From sequence record PV730299.1: DNA of 64,000 bases. One strand, written 5' to 3'. The notes under the pieces are model-generated. The model had not been told where the DNA came from. It was given only the letters and a program-made list of their open reading frames with translations, and did no database searches. This stretch comes from a phage. Positions within the stretch are counted from its first letter, which is position 1; each line of letters starts with the position of its first letter. Positions 27,945 to 35,498 of the stretch are shown piece by piece. Both the position numbers and the translations under genes were made by a program.

Positions 27945-30227
27945 TTATACAACACAGCTATCGCACTGAGTTTCCTCGGCCTGCTTCAGCTCTTCGTCTT
28001 CCTTGGCGTCCTTGTTTGTGTTGTAATACAGAGTCTTGCCACCCCACATATAGAACGACAGGATATCCTGCATCATCTTGGCGCGAGGGATCTTGCTGTC
28101 AGGGTACTTCTCTGGGTCATACCACGTGTTGGTACTGATGGACTGGTCAACCCAGCGCTGGATGACAGCAGCGGTCTTCAGGTACTCAATACAGTCCAGA
28201 TCCCACTTGAGGTCATACATCGGTCCAAGGGTCTCAACGTCCGGGACGACCTGCTTATAAGTGCCGTCCTTGCTACCCTTGATGCTCACCAAGCCCTTCG
28301 GTGGCTCAATGCCGTTCGTTGCGTTGAGGACCTGTGAGGAGCTTTCGGTAGGGGCTACTGCCAGCAGGGTGGCGTTGCGGATACCATAGGTCTTCAGATT
28401 ATCCTTCAACCCATCCCAATCCAGCCCGTATGCCATCCCTTCTGGCTTCTTGCCATTTGGTAGGATATCAAGTGGAAGCGGCTGAAGGTCGGCGGTGACC
28501 TGCCCATTATTGTGGATGGTTCCGCGTTTACACGCCCCGAACTTCATAGCCAGACGGTTGGACGCCTTGACCAGATAGAAGTGCAGGTGTGCCATCCACG
28601 CATCCAGCATTTCAAGACCAGCTGGTGAGCCATAGCCCGTGAAGTTCTTGGCCAGGAAGTGAGCCACGTTCACGATACCAACACCCAGAGGACGATAGTC
28701 TTCAACAGCCTTGCGAGCCTGAATCGCTGGATAGTCCTGATATTCCAACAGCATGTCCAGCGCAGACACCAACACGAACGCCACGTCTTCCATTTCGGTC
28801 GGGTCTTCGAATGCTGTCAGGTTGAAGGAAGCCAGGGTGCACAGAGCCACGCGCCCGTTTTCATCGTTGTACTGCTCAAACTCACGGGTCGGCAGGGCGA
28901 TTTCTAAACAAAGATTTGAAGAATAAATCGTGTCTAGGTTGAATGGACTGTATTCATTCATGTGATCGACAAACGCGATGTAGATGCGGCCTGTGTCTGA
29001 ACGCTGGTCTAACAGCATCTGGAACACCTCTTCTGCCTGCAACTTTTTAGCACGAACCAAACCAGCATCAGCGGCCTTGATCATGTTCTCATACAGAGTA
29101 CGGAACTTGTCAACGTCAGCGAAGTATGCTTCATACATTTCGCGGTTGTCTTTCGGGTCGAACAGATACAGAGGCTGCTTGGCAACCAGGCGCTCAAACA
29201 TCACGCGGTTGATCTGAATGCCATAGTCGATACGGCGTTCGCGGTTTTCTTCAGTACCACGGTTGTTCTTCAGAACAACGACGTCATCGAACTGGTAATG
29301 CCACAGAGGGATGTACGCTGTTGCTGCACCACCACGAATGCCGCCCTGAGAGCACGATTTGAGTGCCCCAGTGAGATACTTGATGAACGGGATCAGGCCT
29401 GTGTGAACCATCTCTCCGCCGCGAATAGGACTACCAATCCCACGGATTGCCCCGACGTCGAAGCCGATACCCGCACGTTTGGACACATAGTCAACGATGG
29501 TCTTGGCTGTTGCGTTGATAGAGTTCAGGGTGTCATCAGTCTTGATTAACACGCAGGAACTAAACTGACGAGTAGGAGTACGAACACCTGCCATAATCGG
29601 GGTGGGAAGACTGAACTTGCCTGTGCTGGCATATTCATAGAACTTTTTCACCATCTCCAGGCGGCTGTCTTTGTCCCAGTTAGAGAACAACGCCATGGCG
29701 ATGCCCATGTACATGACCTGAGGGGTTTCGTAGAAGATCTTGCTGTCTTTCTTGGAACGGTCGCGCAACAGGTACTTCTCAGTCAGCTGACCCATGGCCG
29801 CCCACGTGAAGTTCTTATCGCGTTTGTGATTGATGACATCGTTCAGCTCGTTGAACTCTTCGGTCGTGTAGAGATCAAGGAACTCACGATCATACACGCG
29901 CTGTTTGATGTTCTTGACGAAGATGTCCAGCAGGTGAGGCGGCTTGTACTGACCGTAGACAGCCTTGCGCAGATCATACGACTTCAGACGAGCAGCCACA
30001 TACTGGTAATTGGGTTTGTCTACAGAGATCAGTGAAGCCGCAGCCTGGATGAGGATATCCTGAATGCGATCTGTTCTCATGTTGTCGGTGAACTGAATCT
30101 TCGATGCAGCGATCACCTCTGACATTGACACACCAGACAGGCCATCACAGGCGCGGTCTACGACTGCGTGTAGTTTCTCAATATCAAATGGGACAGAAGA
30201 TCCGTCACGTTTTATAACGTTAATCAT
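27945..30227 (-). CDS. nrdA: ribonucleotide reductase class Ia alpha subunit
   Basis: 760 aa; N-terminal ATP-cone (VIKRDGSSVPFDIEKL), catalytic barrel; C-terminal CxxC pair (CDSCVV). Confidence 0.9.
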   Translation of the reverse strand: MINVIKRDGSSVPFDIEKLHAVVDRACDGLSGVSMSEVIAASKIQFTDNMRTDRIQDILIQAAASLISVDKPNYQYVAARLKSYDLRKAVYGQYKPPHLLDIFVKNIKQRVYDREFLDLYTTEEFNELNDVINHKRDKNFTWAAMGQLTEKYLLRDRSKKDSKIFYETPQVMYMGIAMALFSNWDKDSRLEMVKKFYEYASTGKFSLPTPIMAGVRTPTRQFSSCVLIKTDDTLNSINATAKTIVDYVSKRAGIGFDVGAIRGIGSPIRGGEMVHTGLIPFIKYLTGALKSCSQGGIRGGAATAYIPLWHYQFDDVVVLKNNRGTEENRERRIDYGIQINRVMFERLVAKQPLYLFDPKDNREMYEAYFADVDKFRTLYENMIKAADAGLVRAKKLQAEEVFQMLLDQRSDTGRIYIAFVDHMNEYSPFNLDTIYSSNLCLEIALPTREFEQYNDENGRVALCTLASFNLTAFEDPTEMEDVAFVLVSALDMLLEYQDYPAIQARKAVEDYRPLGVGIVNVAHFLAKNFTGYGSPAGLEMLDAWMAHLHFYLVKASNRLAMKFGACKRGTIHNNGQVTADLQPLPLDILPNGKKPEGMAYGLDWDGLKDNLKTYGIRNATLLAVAPTESSSQVLNATNGIEPPKGLVSIKGSKDGTYKQVVPDVETLGPMYDLKWDLDCIEYLKTAAVIQRWVDQSISTNTWYDPEKYPDSKIPRAKMMQDILSFYMWGGKTLYYNTNKDAKEDEELKQAEETQCDSCVV

Positions 30228-30310
30228 GGTGTTCCTCGGGTTTGTTTACGCAGGTTTTATTATACGCCACCCTCGTAGATTGAAGGCGGCGGGGAGGGTT
30301 GGCGAGTTAC

Positions 30311-31153
30311 TTAAATGTCGTACAGATCGTTGACTTCCAGCATCAGGCGGGTGAAGTCGCCGCGCCCGTTGCGGTCAGACTTGTCGAACTCGATGATACT
30401 GAACGGCTGAACCCATTCAGGGTACTCATCACCGACGCCAACACCATCGATCTTCAGGGTTCCGGCCTCCAGCTTGGCGTTGAAGTCGCGGAAGGAACTG
30501 ACGTACTTTTCAAGGGCGCTGTCGCGCAGGCGCTTGTTGGACTGTTTGATGTCACCGTTGACAAAGATGTAAGTCGAGTCAGATGCGCGGGTCAGTAGGT
30601 TCTTCAGCTGCTCCATATCACATTCCTGCGCTTCTTCAATGATCAGGAAGGTGTCGTCAAAGGTCATCCCCTTGATGGTCTCCAGATCCTGGATCTCAAT
30701 GATCCGCTTCTCCCACAGATAGTTGAAGAAACCGTCGCTACCTGTGTCAGTCTTCAGCACCTTCTTCAGCGTCTGAATCAGGGGCATCAGATATGGCATC
30801 AGCTTTTCGTATGTGTCGCCAGGGCGGAAGCCTGCAGTCTGGCCTGTTGGCAGCGGAGAGCGCGTGATGACGATCTTACTGACCACTTTATCGATCAGGA
30901 GCTTGGCGGCGGCTGAGGCACCGCAGTACGATTTACCTGTACCGGCAGGACCGATTGCGATAGTGAGGTTTTCTTCAAGAGCAGATTGATATGCGAGGTT
31001 CTGATTCTCTGAGAGGCCATTGAACGGAGCGATTCTGAAGTCACCTTTAGAGAACTTCATCCAGTCATCTTCTTTCTGAATTGTCTCTTTCTTACGTGCT
31101 GACTTGGTCTTGCCCGCTGGCTTCTTACTTACAACTTTGGTGGCAGATTGCAT
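30311..31153 (-). CDS. phoH: PhoH-like ATPase
   Basis: 280 aa; Walker A GPAGTGKSY. Confidence 0.8.
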   Translation of the reverse strand: MQSATKVVSKKPAGKTKSARKKETIQKEDDWMKFSKGDFRIAPFNGLSENQNLAYQSALEENLTIAIGPAGTGKSYCGASAAAKLLIDKVVSKIVITRSPLPTGQTAGFRPGDTYEKLMPYLMPLIQTLKKVLKTDTGSDGFFNYLWEKRIIEIQDLETIKGMTFDDTFLIIEEAQECDMEQLKNLLTRASDSTYIFVNGDIKQSNKRLRDSALEKYVSSFRDFNAKLEAGTLKIDGVGVGDEYPEWVQPFSIIEFDKSDRNGRGDFTRLMLEVNDLYDI

Positions 31154-31224
31154 GGGAACCTTCCTATATCTCAGGGTGTCATCACCTCTAATTAAGGTGA
31201 CAACCCCAGCATACCTGAGGATTG

Positions 31225-31250
31225 GATAAAGAAAAGGCCGTTTCCGGCCT
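31225..31250 (-). terminator. rho-independent terminator
   Basis: AGGCCG-tttc-CGGCCT followed on minus strand by TTTTCTTTATCC; downstream of endolysin gene. Confidence 0.65.
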
Positions 31251-31255
31251 TTGAG

Positions 31256-32050
31256 TTAACTGAAACTCTTGTATGCTGCTGCGAGCTTCTTGTCGTACTG
31301 GTTCTTGGCATACGCCGGACCATTATAGCGCCGTGCAAATTCAGACCAGTTCTTGTCCTTCAGAGCCTGCCAGAGCTTGGCGTCAGCCTTGATGAACTTC
31401 ACGAATGCCATCAAATGAGCACGTTCTCCTGTCAGGAAGTCGTTGAACATCTCCTTGGCGTTGGCATATCCACAGACCTGGCAGTTGAATCCCATGATCT
31501 GGAAGAGACCGTAAGAGGCGCTCTCGTACGCACAATCCTCATCGATGTTGATGGCCGCATGAAGTCGATCCAACTCCGCGTCGCCTCCCGTGTACCCGCC
31601 TGCAGAAGGGTTGACCAACGTCGGGTACATATGTCCCATGGCATTCGCCCGAGCCTGTCCGAACTTCGCCATCAACTTCTTATACATGATGTGGCGCTCA
31701 AATAATGTCTTGATCTTACCTGACTTGGTGAAGCCCGTGCCGCGCGACTCAACCTGATTCACCGCCTTGACAGAGGCAAGGTCAACACCCAGATCGTTAG
31801 CAGCATCAATCAGGTCTGACTCAGTTAGATGATCCTGATGGGCGTCTCCAGCGTTGCGAATAGCATAGGAGGTCTTTGGACCCACGATACCATCAATGAC
31901 AAGCCCCGCACCCGCCTGAACAGTCTTGACGGCGTTCTCTGTTGCCTTGCCAAAGATACCATCAGCGACGAGGGTGAAGCCGATTTTGTTGAGGCTATCC
32001 TGGAGTGCCTTCACTTCAGTGCCACGGTTGCCAAGTTTTAGAATGGCCAT
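31256..32050 (-). CDS. endolysin (peptidoglycan-binding domain + muramidase-like catalytic domain)
   Basis: Start moved to MAILKLG (GGAGG RBS); N-terminal PG-binding-like repeat (LKLGNRGTEVKALQ..., IDGIVGPKT); C-terminal block VESRG...YGLFQIMGFN; terminator downstream. Confidence 0.7.
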   Translation of the reverse strand: MAILKLGNRGTEVKALQDSLNKIGFTLVADGIFGKATENAVKTVQAGAGLVIDGIVGPKTSYAIRNAGDAHQDHLTESDLIDAANDLGVDLASVKAVNQVESRGTGFTKSGKIKTLFERHIMYKKLMAKFGQARANAMGHMYPTLVNPSAGGYTGGDAELDRLHAAINIDEDCAYESASYGLFQIMGFNCQVCGYANAKEMFNDFLTGERAHLMAFVKFIKADAKLWQALKDKNWSEFARRYNGPAYAKNQYDKKLAAAYKSFS

Positions 32051-32080
32051 AAGAAAATACCTCCACAATGAATGTAGAGG

Positions 32081-32088
32081 TATTTAAA
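32081..32088 (-). promoter_or_regulatory. late promoter-like box, variant TTTAAATA
   Basis: About 30 nt upstream of endolysin ATG. Confidence 0.3.
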
Positions 32089-32234
32089 GTGAAAGTGAAC
32101 TACTCGAGGAGCTGGGGGAGACTTTGTTCTGAATGTGTCAGCAACCCAGAGAGCGCCTAAAGAGGATTGAATGACTGTGATCTCCTCCCAAGACCTGATA
32201 GGGGGAGTTGCCTCCCCCATGTTACACGTCTGGA

Positions 32235-32723
32235 TTAGGCCAGTTTGCTCACCAGAGCTTCAACTGCGTCGGCGCTCAGTTTACCCATTTTGACGTACTG
32301 AGCTTTTGCTTCACCACCAGCCGCTTTCACGATGTCTTCGTTTGCGTAGCCTTTCTTAGGGAAGACCATCACAGAGAAGGAACCGTTGTTCAGCGGGTTC
32401 AGCTGGATGCGACCTTTACCGACTACGATGGTGCCGTAAGTTTCGGTGTTTGCTTCGACAATGTGGATGTCGTGACCCAGGTTTTTCAGCATACCAACTT
32501 TGTCGGCAGTCTTAGCAACCACAGCTTTGTCAACCACAACCTGCTCTACCAGGGTGAAGCCGTTTGTCGATTTCACTTTACCGTTCAGCAGGTTCATGAA
32601 GGAAGTTTTACCACCAGTGAAGCCAGCTGCCTGAGCGATGCGGAACATTTCAACTTTAGCAACTTCGGTGTTCAGTTCGAAAGAGATGGTGCCGTTGGTG
32701 ATCAGAGTTTTGGTAGTAGCCAT
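32235..32723 (-). CDS. hypothetical protein
   Basis: Start moved to MATTK (GAGGAA RBS); bracketed by terminator-like hairpins. Confidence 0.45.
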   Translation of the reverse strand: MATTKTLITNGTISFELNTEVAKVEMFRIAQAAGFTGGKTSFMNLLNGKVKSTNGFTLVEQVVVDKAVVAKTADKVGMLKNLGHDIHIVEANTETYGTIVVGKGRIQLNPLNNGSFSVMVFPKKGYANEDIVKAAGGEAKAQYVKMGKLSADAVEALVSKLA

Positions 32724-32834
32724 GATGTAATTCCTCATAATGTAGTTGGTGCGTTTCACTTTTCATTCGGCGGTGTGTTGTCGCCCTATGTGAACTATAA
32801 TAGTGCATCATTATTGAAGAGTAAAGTCTTTTTC

Positions 32835-32854
32835 AATAATTTTTAAAAATTATT
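32835..32854. repeat. perfect 20-bp AT palindrome AATAATTTTTAAAAATTATT
   Basis: Self-complementary in a 196-nt AT-rich intergenic region between a terminator and gene 32235..32723. Confidence 0.5.
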
Positions 32855-32861
32855 TTTGAAG

Positions 32862-32891
32862 TATTTTAAAAGGCCTCGTCGAATGAGGCCT
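32862..32891 (-). terminator. rho-independent terminator
   Basis: AGGCCTC-gtcgaat-GAGGCCT followed on minus strand by TTTTAAAATAC; downstream of gene 32920..33126. Confidence 0.55.
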
Positions 32892-32919
32892 GGAGGGAAG
32901 TGATGTGAATTAAAAAGTT

Positions 32920-33126
32920 TTAGTTCGGGCGAAATCTTACAAACTCGCGAGCCAATTCGGCCTGCTCATCACTGATGGGAACCCCATGGAAGTCCGCCTG
33001 ACCATTCTTCCAGCCGTGGATGAAACTCGGAGATTCTTCCCCAGATAAGACATACCCCTCACGAGATTTCAAGTACCCCCGCACGATCTCTCCGTCGTCC
33101 AGTTTGTTCAGTTCTTCTAACGTCAT
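32920..33126 (-). CDS. hypothetical protein
   Basis: 68-aa ORF with ATGA overlap to primase gene; terminator downstream. Confidence 0.35.
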   Translation of the reverse strand: MTLEELNKLDDGEIVRGYLKSREGYVLSGEESPSFIHGWKNGQADFHGVPISDEQAELAREFVRFRPN

Positions 33127-34181
33127 CGCACTTTCCTCAGTTCAGCGAATTGTAATGATGCGGCCATACCTTGGTAAACGTTCTTGGCGATTAGCTTCAG
33201 GAGGTCTTGTATGGACATGTTGCCCTTTGATGGCATGACCATGTCGTTGATATCCTTCCAAGGAACGTCTGGTGGGAACAGTACAACTTTGACACCTTTA
33301 TCTATCATCTTCTGAATACCGTCACACACCTGCGGGTTCCGGTACTGATTATCAGGGATATAAATGTCACCCTTCACGCTCAGTAGATCAGCATCGGCCG
33401 ATGCAAGACAGTTGGGTAGGAACAGGCTGTCAATCGGACCTTCCACAACCAGCTTGGTTTTGTGAATGTTCACCCGGTCTTCACCATACACCTTAGTGTC
33501 TTCATCCTTGGGCTTGACTGTTGCGTAGCGCAGTGTCGCATTCTTGTCGAATGCACGCCCCTGAACGATCTTCATGCGACCATCCTGAGTCCAGAACGGA
33601 ATCACCAGCCGCTCGTCATCGGGGATCTTCAGCTGCTTCTCAGGGTTCGTTTCGAACTGGAGTAGATCCTGGCGGAAGTGCTGTGTGTAATACAGGAGGG
33701 ACAAAGTGCTCTCCGGCAGTCCACGCCACTGTACGTACTGTCGAGCCTTATGGTCAGGCGGTAGCAGATCAAGCCGTAGCATATTGCCGAGGAGGCTCTC
33801 GTCGCGTTTCGCCGCCACCGAGCCAATACGGGCGGTCTGTGTCAGCTTTGGTAACGGCTTCAGGGAAGGAAGTGGTCTGCCCGACGTATCACCCAGCAGA
33901 CGGAACTTCTCCATGTTGTATTCTGTTGAGAGGCGCTCATCGAACTTCTTCAACCAGAACTCAAATGACCAGCCATTCATCTGGTTGCAGTTGTGGCACT
34001 TGAACCGGAAGCAGTCATGATCCCGATCATAGAAGAAGTATCCACGGCGCTTGTTAGCAGACTTCGTGGAGTCACCGCACAGAGGGCAACGGAAGTTCGC
34101 AACAGAACCCACGCGCTCCCACTTGAACTTGTCAAGGCGAGGTGACACGTTGTTGATAAATTGCTCGTCAAGAAATTTCAT
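33123..34181 (-). CDS. DNA primase (zinc ribbon + TOPRIM, T4 gp61-like)
   Basis: N-terminal zinc ribbon CPLCGDS...CHNC, TOPRIM-like VVEGPIDSLFL; start set at MKFLDEQ. Confidence 0.7.
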   Translation of the reverse strand: MKFLDEQFINNVSPRLDKFKWERVGSVANFRCPLCGDSTKSANKRRGYFFYDRDHDCFRFKCHNCNQMNGWSFEFWLKKFDERLSTEYNMEKFRLLGDTSGRPLPSLKPLPKLTQTARIGSVAAKRDESLLGNMLRLDLLPPDHKARQYVQWRGLPESTLSLLYYTQHFRQDLLQFETNPEKQLKIPDDERLVIPFWTQDGRMKIVQGRAFDKNATLRYATVKPKDEDTKVYGEDRVNIHKTKLVVEGPIDSLFLPNCLASADADLLSVKGDIYIPDNQYRNPQVCDGIQKMIDKGVKVVLFPPDVPWKDINDMVMPSKGNMSIQDLLKLIAKNVYQGMAASLQFAELRKVR

Positions 34182-34423
34182 TAGATCTTCTGCCTCTGGA
34201 ACACTTCGGTCACAGTATAGTCTACACCACGACTTTGAGCTATACACAGTTGTTGCCAAGCCCTATACAAAATATTTGTTTACCAGCCGTGTAGTGTTCG
34301 AAGTGGGCGAAGCTGTCCAAGAGATTCATGTAGCTGCGCATGTGACGGGATAAAGATTTTGCTCATTGTCCTTTCCTTTCGGTGAATAATGAGCAAAATT
34401 ATATGCCTTTATTTCGTATTGAC

Positions 34424-34777
34424 TTACGACAGCTGCTTCAGTTTGTAGATCGTCTGATAGCACAGTGTCTTGATATCGTCAAGAGTGCTCTGAAGGTGGG
34501 AGTCACACTGCTTGTAGATGCCATCGACGTCTATCACCACACTGTTAATATAGGAGATAGGGTCTGGGTTGTACAATTTGATATTCTCGAATGATGGAAC
34601 ATACTGACCACCCGCACCGATGTATGCTTCGGTAAACGTGTCCAGCAAGTCCTCTAGATCCCCGTAGAACTCCCCGAGTGCCTTGTGCTTGGCATAGGAC
34701 GTTGTAACGAAGTGTAAGGCATGAGAGTGGGCTATAGCAAGCAGTCCACGGTTGATGAAAATACTCGCATTGACCAT
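34424..34777 (-). CDS. hypothetical protein
   Basis: Start moved to MVNAS (AAGGAA RBS). Confidence 0.4.
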   Translation of the reverse strand: MVNASIFINRGLLAIAHSHALHFVTTSYAKHKALGEFYGDLEDLLDTFTEAYIGAGGQYVPSFENIKLYNPDPISYINSVVIDVDGIYKQCDSHLQSTLDDIKTLCYQTIYKLKQLS

Positions 34778-34871
34778 GATTTGTTTCCTTAGAAAAAGAA
34801 ATCCCCCTGTATTTAGGGGGATCCAGTTACAGACCAAGTTCTTTCGCCGTGGCGTCGTCTAGTGCAACCTT

Positions 34872-35441
34872 CTAGACAGGCTTAACACCGAGGAACTTGG
34901 CAATGTCAGCAGCCAGGTTTTTACCCTTGCTGATGTCGTGTTCTTTACCGCCGACAGTAACGATCACATACGGGTCATCTTCACCACCGAAGTTCACGGT
35001 GATCGCCTTGCCGATGCCAGGGATGCCAGAGTATTCGAACTCAGTGCGACCACTCTTGCGAGACTTGCCAGCACCCAGTGCTTTACCGATCATCTTGTCC
35101 ATGTTCGCCAGTTCCTGAGCATAGGATTCGGTCACTTGGCCTTTGTTGGCAGACTTGCCAAAGAAGAATTCGAAGCCGTCATGGACAGCAACGACTTCCT
35201 GACCTTGGGAGATACCGTGAGTCTGGTCTGGGGTCAGCTTCACCTTGATGGTGTTGCCGTTGGTTAACTCCAGGTTGTAGACATCCGCCTGATTGTCAGG
35301 GGTGATCTGGGTCACGGTAGCGCCGGAACACCACTGGGTGCCGTCAGCTTGCTTGGTGATGGATACGGTCTTACCTTGGACACCAGCGTGGGTCTGAGGT
35401 TTAGCGGCTTGTTCTTTAAAATATTCGATAAAAGGTTTCAT
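34872..35441 (-). CDS. hypothetical protein, probable late/structural gene
   Basis: 189 aa; GAGGAG RBS; TATAAATA box about 25 nt upstream of ATG. Confidence 0.45.
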   Translation of the reverse strand: MKPFIEYFKEQAAKPQTHAGVQGKTVSITKQADGTQWCSGATVTQITPDNQADVYNLELTNGNTIKVKLTPDQTHGISQGQEVVAVHDGFEFFFGKSANKGQVTESYAQELANMDKMIGKALGAGKSRKSGRTEFEYSGIPGIGKAITVNFGGEDDPYVIVTVGGKEHDISKGKNLAADIAKFLGVKPV

Positions 35442-35466
35442 TGGATCTCTCCTCGGGGATTTAAGT

Positions 35467-35474
35467 TATTTATA
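35467..35474 (-). promoter_or_regulatory. T4-type late promoter-like box TATAAATA
   Basis: Exact TATAAATA on minus strand about 25 nt upstream of ATG at 35441, immediately after terminator hairpin of the 986-aa gene. Confidence 0.45.
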
Positions 35475-35492
35475 AGCCCCCGAAGGGGCTTT
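35475..35492 (-). terminator. hairpin terminator candidate
   Basis: AGCCCC-cgaa-GGGGCT just downstream of 986-aa gene stop, abutting TATAAATA box. Confidence 0.45.
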
Positions 35493-35498
35493 CGATGA

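Noticed and set aside
26771-30227. Possible intron or intein in nrdA/nrdB, as in some T4-like phages
   Set aside because: Both ORFs are uninterrupted and of canonical length (760 and 367 aa) with no inserted endonuclease-like segment
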